A stretch of DNA of 64,000 nucleotides from Amoebidium appalachense (GCA_963693365.1 CAVNZM010000004.1:826448-890447), one strand, 5' to 3'. Positions 33,015 to 47,028 are shown, counted from the stretch's first letter. Notes: generated by a model not told the origin, from the letters alone. A program made the numbers and translations.

Positions 33015-34370
33015 GATGCTCACGGGTGTGGGCACACACGGGTTCATGCTTGTGCATGCACAAAGTTAACTGCATATTAGTTTAAGGCGTACAAAACCAA
33101 CCACACAGGCATATGCCCCCATACATACAACGCACACAACCATAGTCACACCCAGTGTAACACATGCAAAGTCACTCGTGCATGCATGCACACACACACA
33201 CGAACCCAAACAGGAACACTGGCGCACATTTAGCATGCACAAACCCCGTACGGGACACGACACATGGCGTGCATTACGACACGTGCAAATATCCTGATTG
33301 CAGATCGGCACATGAACCTCTGCTTTATGTAAATGGCTCTTTATTAGTCACCACTTCGAAGTAGGTTGTAAGTTGGAACATTTCCCAGACTTATCAGCTT
33401 TTTTTTGTTGTGTTTTTGCTTTCCTTTTAGAAATAGTTGTTATCGGAGCTTACACCTCTGGAATTCTTTTAGAGAGGCTCCCTCGGGTCCTCATCAACCC
33501 ACCTATTTTTGCCGGTGGCCTCTTACGAGCATATATACCCCCGTAATGTTGTCGTTTGTTTTGTGGTGTTGTGTGTGTGTTATTGTGATATCTAGATGTA
33601 GTTTGTTTTGCTGTAAACTGAATCAGCCCCTTTGTTAGGTTGCTTTTGCATGGCTCCATGCTTATGAGCCGGGACATAATAATGGGGTTGGGTGGGTGGT
33701 GGGGATAGTAGTAGCGTGCTAACCCCAAATGAAATTAATAGTGGATAGTATGTACATATGGCCATGGCGTGATGGATGTGTGAAATAAAAAACCTATTTG
33801 ATCGTATGTCGTTACTGAAACGTGGGCATTGGGCCTGCTTAACAATTGCAACTGGGCAAGCCCGTCATGCCTCGTGCAATCGCTGGACTGAGTCTTGTCT
33901 CCATTCCTGATAAATGATCGTTAACCACAAAGACAATGGCATACAAATGCACGTGTAGCCAATATTAGCTCGACCCCTTGGGGCCATCAGGTCAGAAATA
34001 CACGAAACCCCACAGTCGTGAACCGCTATTTTGAAAAAGTAATTACGATATCGATTAGTACTGCACACATGTGCACTCATGCGCGCTTGGATACAGCCTG
34101 CTGCACAATTAGCCACGACCACTGCGCATGCAGTAATGCTATTTGTGCTCGTGCATATACTGCTCGAGCTAGCGTATACGGAATTTTCTTAGTTATGACA
34201 ACTCGCTGTTGATCGAAGTAGCAAGGCACAACACACTGATGTGCACATAGAACATTGCAGATCTGTTGACAAACATGCATGCATATGACGTTGTTGGCGC
34301 GCGCACACGGTACACACACACGCACACGTGTACACGTGCACATGCATGCACACATGTAAACACGCACACA

Positions 34371-34449
<79 letters not shown>

Positions 34450-34866
34450 ACATGTACACACACAAAAAAAAAAGCCTCCAAGAGACAAAAAAAGGGAAGG
34501 CTTTGGCTTGCCGTGGTAAATATATCAGGGGTCTTGACACCTATCTATTTATTATCTATCCATATTGTTTAGGAACCAGTTTTTTCAAACACAAAGTGGC
34601 AATAATTTCCCTGATCATACTTACGATGTTTTTTAAACACAGAGTTCGCCGTTGCTCTAGGATAATATATCAGCATACAGATGTAAAGTTCCTTGTGTAG
34701 ATGCACGTTTTTGTATATTCAATGTTCTGTGCTAGAGACAATATATTCTCGTTGCCATGTAAGATCTTTGTGAATAGCTCCTTCGTAAATTTTTCTTTTG
34801 ACTGGATTTATTCAACGGAAAGATATGCAAGTATGCACGGCATACGGAGAAGACAATAAAAAAACT

Positions 34867-36060
34867 TCACGAGTTATCCAGTAACAAGTGCATACTGAGA
34901 TACCTGAACACTGTGTGAAAATCATATAAATACTCAATGTGACGACCAACAGAATTCAACAAAAAGTCTAAAGTGTTCACATTGCCAGCTAGTGTAGCAG
35001 ATACCCGGAGGGAAAGAGGTAAAACGCAACATAAAAATTCACACCTATCAACATGCTTGCGATTAAAAAGGTCAGCACAAAAGTGGCACCAGCGGCGATG
35101 AAAACAAGAATTACAGCGCCACTGCACAACTTCCCAGGCAATATCAACATCAGAGCACCATACAGACTTATCTACTAGGGTGGTATCCATACAGCAGGAG
35201 AAATGTATCCTGCCAAAGCTCCCAAAAAGCGATAATGATCAGTACGGTGTTGCCTAAGGAACATAACACATGCCGACTGAGTTTTACCTTTGATTTCTCT
35301 ATCAGAACGAGAAAGAAACTTATACTGCGTATGGTAATAACGCGAAAAGGCAGAAAAAACAGGAAGAGAAAAGAAAGAGGGAGTGAGATAGCGAGAGGAA
35401 GAATCAGGTTGAAAGAGGGTAGGCTGAGGACATTCAGAAGTAGCGTTGGTGAATCGGGGGGGAAGAGGGATGGAGGGAAGGGGGGGAAAGAAAGCATAAA
35501 GAGGGTGACCATCAGGTAGCCTAACTAAATGAAAACAAAAACGAAGAGACAATTCCTCCATACGACAAACAGCAGACGACAATCCAAACATACTGATTAA
35601 GGGAGGCACAAACCGAGTACGAAACAAAGTGCGTAGCGCAGTACCCTGAAAATCGTCGAACTCTTTCAGCGCCATTGCCGCCTCGCGAGGTGGGGCGCAG
35701 GCCAATAGCGGAAGTCCATATTCGAAAGTCGGCCGTAAAAAAGTTTTATAGTAGAGAAGAAGGTTCGCAGGATGGATCACAGACTCCTGTTGAAACATAT
35801 TTGACATGATGTGAAGCTTACCCTTCGCACGAGCGATCCGTGCCGTGAGGAGCTTGCGGAAATCAATACCCCGTGCAGTAAAAGGAATACCCAAATAGTC
35901 ATAGGTGCTCTGAACAGGAATAGGAAGGCCGGCCAATCGAAAGGAAGTGTTCTTCGAAAAAGTAGCACACTTTGCAATTCCGACTGTCATGAGATTCTCG
36001 GTGCACCAGTGATCCACCTGACGAAGCATCTGGTGCATGACATCTTCGGTTAAGGAACAA
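34867..36060 (-). mobile_element. 5'-truncated non-LTR retrotransposon (C-terminal part of RT, thumb and CCHC zinc knuckle), frameshifted near 35180
   Basis: ORF 35175-36137 has post-YADD RT motifs (W..EN.M.....KC, YDYLGIPF, LYYKTFLRPTFEYG). The overlapping ORF 34867-35190 carries WRCN..CHFCADLFNRKHVDRC (C-x2-C-x7-H-x3-C). The catalytic YADD region is absent. There are no introns or microsatellites and CpG is higher than in host genes. Confidence 0.85.
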
Positions 36061-36720
36061 AGAAAATTGAAAATATTATGGGACCGGCATCTTATTGGAT
36101 CAATGCGCATCAAGCAAGAACTTTGGTACAAATCCATGACTATATTATAACAATTTGGTCTGATTGAGTCAAAGCCTTTACTGTGAAATTTTGGACTCTG
36201 TTTCTGGCCAATTGTAAGCTATTTTATCGCCTTTATAACTTATGGTTTTGCCGGTTACGAAAGCTGGAGGAGGCGGCGCGCCCCACGATGACTTGCCCCG
36301 GGCCGGCCGGCAACTGAGGAGAGATAGAGGTTTTCATAGACGAAGGGTGAGAAGGGAGTTGGCTTATTGATGTAAATAATAACAGAAAATAGTTATCACC
36401 TCTGTCTACAAAGTTCTACTTTCCTTGCAAAGATTATTTCGTACTCTATTTCGTCGAGTACCGGAACTCAGTGAGGGTCCGATGCTGTTGACTCTTCAGA
36501 TCTCAGCCTTACATACAAATCTCATGTCAATCCCCCTTATAACGATTTTCTAGTTATTGGCTTTCATGGCAGCCTAATTTGCCGCCAATCATTGTTATAT
36601 CAAACTGCTGTGCAACATCCCACAGAGACACGCCTAATTTCACCCCACATAGCAGACAACCCTCCAACAAAACACTGTGACCCTCCGCCCACCACGTCCA
36701 TCGAACACAACTTTGGGAAG

Positions 36721-37704
36721 ATGCTGAACCTAATTGTATGGATGGCCGGGGACGGAGCTAGCACGCTACGTGCAGCTATATTAGGGCTGGGGGAGAGTGG
36801 TACCCAGTCGTATGTATACCTGAACGAAGCAAGTGATGTGAAGATGTCAGCATCACAATCCACTTCTTCGTTAGTGCACATTTCCTCACCACTCCCGCGG
36901 AAAAGAAACTCGTTTACGAGCCCTTCGAATCCTTCCGCAAGTAGCCCAAACCCAAGCAAAAGCGTGAGCAAAACACCCCCAAACGCCTTCATTTTGACAT
37001 TTTTAGCAGAAAAGGGGGAGGATTCTCTTCTTCGCTGCCACGAGTTCGTCTACATGGTGCGTCAGAGTTTTGCCACCGTGCCAGTCGTTTTGGTTGCCGT
37101 GCGCCTGAGCCCGGAGACAGACATCACCACACGACCTGTGTGGGGTCTAGCCCAGCAGTTTGGCAAGGAGATAAACGCACACACCGTTTTGTCTTGCTGT
37201 CCGGCAGAAAAATTCGAGGTTGTGGAGGTGTTTCTTCAGTCTGGCGTGGCTGCTCTACAGACCGTGGGTGGGCCAGGCACACAGGATGAGACACGCGCAG
37301 CCGCAGAAAAGGGCACACACACACCGGGTAGGCCAGCACGAATGCACAGGTTTACAGTTTCACTGCCCAAGAGGGAGAGGGAGAAGGAGAGGGATATGGG
37401 GCTGGGGTCTGTCTCTGCAATATCGCTGCTAGAAGAAGACTTTGACCGGGACGAAAAAGAAGCATATGCCACAAGCGGTGCTGCCCCCCACCACAGCAAC
37501 ACTTTTTGCAACCCACGACAAAGAATAAAACCAGCGGTAGATATGGGTACAGGCGGGCAGGCTTTTGAGGTGCCTTTAAAGACGTTTGTGTATGGTAGCG
37601 GGGAAAGGAGTGTGGCTGCTGGGGAGAAGGTTTTAAGAGCAGAGCCCGGGCTGCAGAATAGCAACACGCTGGACTTTGTGCGCACACACACAGCACCCTC
37701 ATAG
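36721..37704 (+). CDS. Intronless degenerate Rho-family GTPase-like protein (probable pseudo-GTPase) with a C-terminal extension
   Basis: The ORF from ATG 36721 reads LIVWMAGDGAST (cf. Rho KLVVVGDGAVGKT), AFILTF...SLLRCHEFVYMVRQSFATVPVVLVAVRL (cf. VFLICF..SFENV..W..E.....VPIILVGTK), and QFGKEINAHTVLSC...FEVVEVFLQSGVAAL (cf. LAKEIGA..YLECSA....V.EVF..A.RAAL). GKT, DTAG, TKxD and CAAX are all missing. Confidence 0.6.
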   Translation: MLNLIVWMAGDGASTLRAAILGLGESGTQSYVYLNEASDVKMSASQSTSSLVHISSPLPRKRNSFTSPSNPSASSPNPSKSVSKTPPNAFILTFLAEKGEDSLLRCHEFVYMVRQSFATVPVVLVAVRLSPETDITTRPVWGLAQQFGKEINAHTVLSCCPAEKFEVVEVFLQSGVAALQTVGGPGTQDETRAAAEKGTHTPGRPARMHRFTVSLPKREREKERDMGLGSVSAISLLEEDFDRDEKEAYATSGAAPHHSNTFCNPRQRIKPAVDMGTGGQAFEVPLKTFVYGSGERSVAAGEKVLRAEPGLQNSNTLDFVRTHTAPS

Positions 37705-38473
37705 CATAGGTGCTGGATTAGAATAGATATTGTCAATGGTCATAGAACGATCCGGGCATATTAGTATGTCTAATTCACATATGTTGCATCTTTGCAAAGA
37801 TGACCGTCTAGCAACAGGTAGAAAAATACTACCTACGGCAATAGGTGCCAGACTGCTATAAAGACTCTGAAGCTACTATGAGCAGGAGACTCTGCCGCAT
37901 GATAGGGAAATAGTTGTGAAGTTGTAATGCCGTGTTGACTTCTGATGAGATTTACGTAGCTGTGCACAGGCGGTTTACAATTAACATAATAATATTGGTC
38001 CGGAAATAGGCTCCAAATCTTAAGCTTAAGGCCCCTTGTCTTGTATGCGTGAACCTGGTAGGGTTCGTTATCGTTTAACCCCCCCCCCCCCCCCCCTTCC
38101 CCCCCTCCCCCGGGGCCCTTGTTTTTCTTTCATTTTATTTTATTTTTATTTAAAAAAAAATTATTTTTTTGGGGGGGGGGGGTCTTTTTCTTTTCTCTGA
38201 TTTCTTTCTTTTTGTTTCTTTCTGTTCTTTTCTTTTTTTTTTAATTTCTTTTTTTTTTTTAAATAGGGAGGGGTGGGGCGGGGGGTATCGGGGGAGGGGG
38301 GAAGGGGTGTGTGTGTGTGTGTGTATGTGTGTGTGGTGGTGGTGGTGGTGGGGATGGGGGGTGGGGGGGGTGGGGGGGGGGAGGGTTCGGGGCTCAAATT
38401 TGGGTGTAAGACGTGTGTGTGTGTGTGTGTGCATACACGTGTGCGTGTGTACCGTAACGGCGCGCGTGTGTGT

Positions 38474-38510
<37 letters not shown>

Positions 38511-38857
38511 TATGTGTGTGTCTCTCTCTGTGTGTGTGTAGGAGCATGCGCACGCACATGCGTGGGTTGTGTGTGTGTTGGCCTAGGGAGGAAGAGGATG
38601 GAGGGGGAGGAGGGGAGGGATAGAGGTGGGGGGGGGGGGGGGGGGGGGCATTACGCGTATAAACATGCAGGTGGCCGGGCACCCGTCGCACTCTGTTGCT
38701 ATGCCGTGTGTATGTGTTTCGTCTTGGCCTGCGTAACTTTTGGTTTTGAAGCACGCGCGCGCGCACACACACACACACACACACATACCTACACGCACTC
38801 ATACATACCACACACACACACACATACCTACACGCCCTCATACATGCCACACACACA

Positions 38858-38899
<42 letters not shown>

Positions 38900-39263
38900 G
38901 TGACACACACAGACACATACAGATACACACGCCGTACATGCACGCACACGTGCGCACCTTGCAAGCAGACAAAAACACCATGACACACACATACACGAAC
39001 ACACACACACACGGTACACAAATACACGTACAAAGACACTGTAAGACACATACATACACACACACACCAAAAAAAAAAAAAAGAAAGAACAGGTGTATAT
39101 CCACGAACTGCAAGACTTGTCACATACTCATCCACCTACTTCTCCCTTTCTCTGACTTGTGGCACTCCGTGACGCCTATGCAACGAGTAAAGAGTAAAAT
39201 TGTCCATGTGGAAGTCACGGGGCGGGCGGGGGTGGGGGGGGGGGGGGGGGGAGGGGGGGGGGG

Positions 39264-39303
<40 letters not shown>

Positions 39304-39709
39304 TTAGACCTTTTTCTATACCAGCAGAAAAAATTCGAAAAGCACATGCTTGTATATATAGGCATAAAAAACACACTCTTGAGTGATCAGACTTCGTTCA
39401 ATTCCAAGCCTAATATAGTAAACACTCGAACCCTTCCGCTATTACTAAAATTATCTTTTTTGTATTTGCCCACCAATATAATGGCCTGTCTAGGACAAGC
39501 CAATGGGAAAGGAGGCATGAATTGCAGATTCTCTCTGAGCCAATCATTGTCTTCGTAACATCGGACTCCCCGGAAGCCCCCCCCCCCCCCCCTCCCCCCC
39601 CCCCCCCCCCCCCCCCTGCGCCGAGCCCTCGCCTCACTCCCCCCACCTTCGAAGCCTCTGAGACCGGGTCTCCGTCTTCCCCCAGTTTACTCCCCCCCCC
39701 TCTCTCTCT

Positions 39710-39757
<48 letters not shown>

Positions 39758-40067
39758 ACACGCGCGCGCGCGCGCGCGCGCAAAAAAAAGAAAAAAAGAA
39801 AAAAAGAAAAAAGAAAACCTGGGCGTTATCCCGGTGGCATTTCATGTTCGATTGAATATGGCAAGAGCAATAAGAAAAATTGTTGCACAGCCGTTAGCTG
39901 TGAGATAGACCCCCTACCCTACCCCTAGGCTTCCTCCTCAGAAACATGCATGCTTACGTGTGGACCCCGAGCCCCCCCCCCCCCCCCCCCCCCCCCCCAA
40001 CCAACCATAAAGTAAAGTTCCTGTCCCCCCCCCCCCCCCCCCCCCCACCACCACCCATAAAGTTTTT

Positions 40068-40100
<33 letters not shown>

Positions 40101-40390
40101 ACCCACCCAAAACACACGCACACACATCCGCACCCCCACCCATCCACCTACCCCCCTACACACACGCCGCGACACCACACACAAGCAAGCAGTACACACG
40201 CATCACCATTATGATCACTGGGCCCTGCCCACCGACATTATGGTAAATAATGGGAGACATTTGGCTAGCTAGGCACGGTCACCGGCACGTGTGTGTGCAG
40301 GCACGTACAGGCACTGTTACATACACGAATATGTCAGCTTGAAGACAGCGTAATTCTGGAGCGCACACACAGCATATCTCAGTCTTATAG

Positions 40391-40581
40391 TTGAGCATTT
40401 TTTTCATCTGGTACTTCAACAAGCACACAATTTACTACAACTTCAGACACGGTCAACGGAGCACCATGATCCAATGCACATGCTGCAGCAACAGTTGCCG
40501 AAGATGGGCCACAGAGATGATAGTATTTACTCTGCAGCAGGTCTTCCCAATCCCCTACTATCTCCACGTGACCGATTTTGA
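40391..40581 (+). CDS. Possible terminal coding exon of an unresolved gene in 37800-40600
   Basis: Acceptor tcttatag at 40390 is followed by an open frame, EHFFHLVLQQAHNLLQLQTRSTEHHDPMHMLQQQLPKMGHRDDSIYSAAGLPNPLLSPRDRF*. The upstream region has intron-type microsatellites, but upstream exons could not be resolved. Confidence 0.25.
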
Positions 40582-40831
40582 CCAAAATCAAAACTGCGGT
40601 GCACACGTCAGTGTCACGTCACATAACGTGACTACTATATTGATGCGCATGCAAGCATGCACAGCCTTCCCCCCCCCTGATGTGCTGTTTATTATCGACA
40701 TATATATGAGCTGTGATGAGGCATATCGGGCACCAAGGCCAACAGTACTTCCACCCACCCAACAAGATACACATTTTGAAAAGCAACATGGCAGAATATG
40801 CAGTACATCATATGGGGGTGTAACGTTCAAG

Positions 40832-40892
<61 letters not shown>

Positions 40893-41263
40893 ACCGATAT
40901 TATGGGATGCCCCAAGCATTGGATGCTGGGCTCTATGACCTTCCTCGATCGGATGGATTGAGTCATGTATTGCATTAAAGGCCGCTGTTATTTATGAGCC
41001 TGATACACAACGGCTGCAAAGTTACAGATTCTGAGGGCACACTGCTGGGCTCTGTACATATTTTTATTCATTTATGCTTGCACATGTGCAGCAAAACGAA
41101 AGTCAAAAGAATACACTGTCGGGGGCAAAAAAAAACAAAACAGAAAACAGACACAATAAATGACAGCCATGTCTAGCATGTGCATATTTATGGATCTAGG
41201 GCCTGAGCCAAAGAAAAAACATCAAAAAGAGCCAACGCCAACACCCACACCCGCCCACAGGCA

Positions 41264-41431
41264 TCACCAGAACTTGAGCGTGATGTCTTTTCTGTGCAGT
41301 AGCAGTGCCACTGTACAGACGACTGTGGTGTATGCCATGACCACAGTAAGGGCGGTAGGTGTGTCTGCACACAGTGTGCGCATGAGCATGTTGGTGCACC
41401 CCGTCAGCACGTTGCCCTGCCGGTGTGGCGT

Positions 41432-41487
<56 letters not shown>

Positions 41488-41531
41488 CCCGTGTGCATGC
41501 ATGATGGTACATTGGAAGGGCCTGGCGCACG

Positions 41532-41563
<32 letters not shown>

Positions 41564-42063
41564 CGTTAGGAGCATATGTGTGCATGCGTGTGTGCCATGC
41601 ATGAATGTGCACGTAAAACATGAGGAGGGGAATAGACGGAATTTATGACGATGTATAATGGAAATGGGGTGGGAACACACAAAATGGGATGGCTTAGGAG
41701 CACGATACAGGAAGATGCAGAGAGACGTGTTTGTTTGTGTGTGTGTGTGTGTGCACACTGCTATGCTACTTGGGGAAAGACAGAGGCGTTGCGGGGGTGT
41801 GGTGGTGCAGGGTCACGGCGGTGGGTGCGCGCGCGTGTGTGTGTGTGTGTGTGCGTGTATGTGCGTGCATTTGGGGGGGGGGGGGGGGGGGGGGTTGGAG
41901 AGGGGACATGGATACCAGCAGGAATGTAAAAAGTTGGTTTCTGTTTACGGCATCGACCAAGGGCACCTGCACGGGGCCAAGCACTAGGGCAAGGTCGGCC
42001 AGTAGGAACACAGCCTGCAGCACACAGTACATGCCCAGCACATAGGCCGCATATGGCAGGTTG

Positions 42064-42107
<44 letters not shown>

Positions 42108-42524
42108 GAGGGGGGGGGGGGGGGGGGGGGGGGGGAGGGGATTGGTTAAGTTAGCCGCTATACAGGTAGCAATTCTATGTTGATGCTGCCACCACATGAT
42201 GAACAAGCCACAGACTTAACCTGTACATGAGCGAGGCGAGCAGAGAGAGGCCCGTGCAGGTTTCTTCTGCATTCTGCCTAACAACTAAGACACACGCTCC
42301 CCTCCGACAAACCGTCCCTTACAAAAACAAGCACCACACAACTGGGACGAAGAGGAAAGCCAATTCACAATCCATGGCAAGGGCCCAAAATGATGTATTG
42401 TGCGTTTAGAGATACCCAGATATCCCCCCCCCCCCCCCCCCCCCCCCCCACGGCTTACCAAAGGGAAAAAGAGGAGGACAAGAAAAGTGGAGGGAAAAAA
42501 AGAAGGGAGGAAGGAGGTTTTTTT

Positions 42525-42566
<42 letters not shown>

Positions 42567-43113
42567 ACCATTTTCCGTGATGGGGGTTCGCCAGCAGCCT
42601 GCACCACCCAAGCAAAAAGTCAGTCAGTCAGCCAGTCCTACGAGACACATGCACTAACTATGCACCATACCCCTGTGCATCCCTCAATCACACACCCAAA
42701 TATCATGGTACATTCAGGTCGTCTACGTTCAAAAAATTAAAAAAAACCACACTTTATACAATCTGTGTTGTGCAACCACCCGGTGATCACAGCTTGGCAA
42801 CAAGTACGGACCCCCCCCCCCCCCCCTCTTCCCATCCTTGTCATACAGTACCACATGCCGTGCAAGCTTAGGGTTACCGTTCCAGGTTCGTGCGTGGCAG
42901 TATGGTCTTGGGTTAGCTGGATTGGTTGTGTTTTTCTTCGGGTTGGTTGTAATAGGGTTGACATCATGCCTGTGTGCGTGTGCATGTGTGCCTGCATGTT
43001 CGTGAGGGTGTGTGTGTGTGTGTACGTCTGCACTCTATGTTTGAGAGCTTGCGCATGCGCGTGTCACAAGTTTGTGTTGTGTTGTGTATGTGTGTGTGTG
43101 GTGGTGGTGGTGG

Positions 43114-43150
<37 letters not shown>

Positions 43151-43306
43151 GGGGGGAAATGTTGGACCTCGCAAGCAGCCACGATGCCAAACAGAGCAGC
43201 AGCAGCAGCAGCCAGGGCAAAGGTGAAGCGCCACCAGGCAGCTAGAGGTCGGTTAGACAGCATGTGCCGGCCTATCTCCATGCTGACTAGGTACAGCCCA
43301 AGATAC

Positions 43307-43389
<83 letters not shown>

Positions 43390-43496
43390 GTGTGTGTGTA
43401 TGCGAGAAGTTCAGTCCAAGATGCCCTGCATGCAGCCAGGGACATTTGCATGTACATGTGGTGTAGAGTGCAGTCATAGATTTGAGGGGCCCTTGG

Positions 43497-43533
<37 letters not shown>

Positions 43534-44799
43534 TGTGCGTGTATGGCTGAGCGTGTGTGTGACACGGTGGTCTGATGTCCCCATATGCAACATGGACATG
43601 CATGCACGTGCACCGTAGTCACTGGGAGCCGTACATGTTCTGCCAGTGTGCCCCCCCCCAGACAAACAGCTTACCACAAGCAACTATCAGGCCTTAGTGG
43701 TGCTGCCACTTGCCAGTGCAAGAAGGGGGGGGGGGGGGGGAGGATAATTGGGGCCTTATAATTAACACGGGACAGTGCATCAGCAGCAGGCACGGTGCAT
43801 GCACACAGCCTGCTGGGCTACTGACACACTGCATGTGGGCTGAATGCGGTCGGATTTACCTGGCACAGACACCAGGCCCTCCTTGTTTGCCGTCAGCAGG
43901 TCTGTACGGGGGGCTTCCAGCACAAATCGGGCCAGTCCGAGCCTGCTTAGCGCATACTGCTGCCCTGTGTGCCCCCACAACAATTAAAACAACGTGATGA
44001 GTCTCCAGGATTCCCTTATATGGAAATTGGTTACGACAAAAATAGAATCGCCCCATGTATTATACACAAAGACCATCACTGATTATTACGTCATGATGAC
44101 ATCACACCGGGAATGCCAACTCTAAAACCTTTGGCTGAAAGCACCACATATTCTCACATCCTCATCCCCCCGCCTCCCCCCCCCTTTCCCCCAGCTCCAC
44201 TCTTTCCGTACCACTTCTACCTCTACCCCGAAGCAACACACACATACACACCCTTGACAAACCCGGGACATGGTGACTGGATAGGGAGTGCAAAGGGGGA
44301 AAGAACGGGGCGGGGCAAGGGGGGGGAGGGGGGGGAGGGGGGGGAGGGGTGAGGGAGTGTACTAGGTGTGACTGCTAATGAATGGGGATGCTACATAGGC
44401 AGGATCATTTGGAGCGCATGCACCGAAACACCACCCACCGGCTAGGGGGCACACAACACAGCGGCAGTCCACAAGAGCCATACACACATACCACCATAGG
44501 ATGGCCCCAGCGACAAAAAAGACACATGGTGTGCCCCCCGGGTATGAATGGTGGTGGTGGTGGTGGTGGTGTGTGTGTGCGTGTGTGTTCCTGGGGGGGG
44601 GAGGGGGGGTTACCCAGGAGCAGGAGGACACCAGTTGCCGTCAGGGCGCGTGGGGGCAACAGTGTCTGCAGAAAGGCCGAGAATAGAGCCACAAAGGCAA
44701 GCGTGAAGAAGAAGTTCCAGTGCACACCGTACTCGGTCACGTGCTCCTGCGCACGTGGTTGGTCAGCACATGTGCACACAGGCACAGGCACAGGCACAG

Positions 44800-44887
<88 letters not shown>

Positions 44888-45105
44888 CTCTTCTCTGCAC
44901 GTGTGTGTGCGTGTGTGTGCCTGGGCATGTGCGTGACTGGGTGCTCGGCAGGTGTACTCAGAGATGGCACGGAAAGCGAAGCCTGGGAAAGAGGTGTGTG
45001 TGTGTGTGTGTGGGCGGGTGTGTATGTCTGTCTCTTGCCTTTTATTTTGTCTTGAAACACTTCTCTCTCTTCAACCTGCGGCGTGGCGGGGGAAAGGGGG
45101 AGGGG

Positions 45106-45140
<35 letters not shown>

Positions 45141-45579
45141 GAAGGGGAGTACAAGGAGGGCATATCTTATACCTGGTAGTCGATTCCTTTAACAGACAGA
45201 AGCCGGCCAAACCCCAAAACCAGAAGCGGCACTGTGGGGATGGCAGGCAGTCAGCCACTCAGGCCACCAGCTAAATGACCCATTTGGGGATAAACAATGC
45301 ACAAAACAATGCACGGGGCTAGGAGGGCTATAAGCCAACATGCACATACACACACAACCTAAACATATTCCTCGTTTACATGCACCCCCACCACCAGTAT
45401 GAGCAAACTAGCCGTCAACCATGGCTCAGTCGGGCAACCTGCCTGTTACAGTGCACACAGCCTAACCACACCGTTCAGCCCAGACTCCTCCCCCTCTCTC
45501 ATGCAGCATCCATCTAAAGGCATTGCAGGCTAGGCCATGATGCCACACCCACACAAAGACCTACAAACAGGCCACAAGC

Positions 45580-45610
<31 letters not shown>

Positions 45611-45867
45611 TCCCCCCCCCACCCCCCCCCCCCCCCCGGGGTAAAGAATGTGCGACAGAGGAGTAACAAAACATCCACGAGGAACAACACAGGCGGGTCA
45701 ATTGTGCAAAACAGGATCACACACAAAAAGTATGCATCAGAAGCAGAGCCCATCCTCAGAGAAAAGCCCAAGTTATCAACAGTTCCCAAGCTGCGGCCCA
45801 GTAACCGCAAAGGCGTGGAGTGGGGTGGAGGTAGAAGTGGGGTGGGAGGGGAGGGAGTAGCGTGTGT

Positions 45868-45913
<46 letters not shown>

Positions 45914-46058
45914 AGGTTGGATACCGGCAGCCAGCAGGGCATGTTTGAATGCAGCCAGTGCCGAACCTCGGGTGGTGTTTCTTGCAGCCGGTATGGCCCC
46001 TATGATGATGAACGCCCCCACACCCCCATCCATCTGCACACCATGAACGTCAGTAATA

Positions 46059-46096
<38 letters not shown>

Positions 46097-46969
46097 AACA
46101 CACACACACACACACACACACCTCCCCATCGACACCTCCCCATCACCCCCATTCCCCCGGAGAAAAAAGACCCCGCCACCCACGGAGACATGCACAGAGA
46201 GGCCATGCACAACCAAGACAGCCCTTGTTTGGTGGTGAAAGCAACATTTGAAGTTTGCAAGAAAAGTGAAAAGCCTACATCATCGTTAACTAAACGTCAG
46301 TCTCCTTTCACCCCTGTGTCATGAATCCTGTGCCTAACCCCAGAAAATCTAGACACACAAGCACACACAAACACCAAACACGCGCAAACCCCAGCCCCTG
46401 AGATGAAAGCATACGATCAACTTTGTTTGCCCGACCCATGCATCTACCCAAAGCATGCACCCAGGACAACCACCAGCAACTAGTGCTGTAACACATGTAC
46501 TCACCATCGAGTATCCATAGGACTCTGTCTTGGCATAGCGCCGAGGGAAGGCTCGGAAATCAACCGCCAAAATGGCGGCCACAACCATAACCTGTAAGGT
46601 TGCAAAGAAATGAGGTTTAACCCCCCCCCCCCCCCCCCCCCGGGGTGTGCGCTCTAAAAGCCATAGGTTCCTTCGTCACTCCTGTCTCTCCCTGATTAAC
46701 CCCTCGTACGGCCCATCTCTTACCTGGCATAATTTCGCGGGTTTTCTCAACCGCCTTCCATTTTACTTTCTGCGACCACATCCAACCACAACACCCTCAC
46801 CCACCGACCACTCACCCCAAACCACATATCTAAATTACTTCTTCCGTAAAAAAAAGCCAAGTCAGCATAACCAAACTAGAAATTTCTTCAATAAAGGCAC
46901 ACAGCAACATACCACACAGATTATAAAGGCACACACACACACACCTTCAACATAGACCACACAACACAA

Positions 46970-47028
<59 letters not shown>

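Noticed and set aside
36245-36320. HDV-like ribozyme upstream of the retrotransposon (gcctcctcc on the minus strand)
   Set aside because: P3 and P1 pairings do not close, and the element is 5'-truncated, so its native 5' end is absent.
40385-40606. 73-aa minus-strand ORF downstream of PIG-W
   Set aside because: It has no recognisable motif, PIG-W already terminates at 41264, and the plus-strand frame has a better acceptor.
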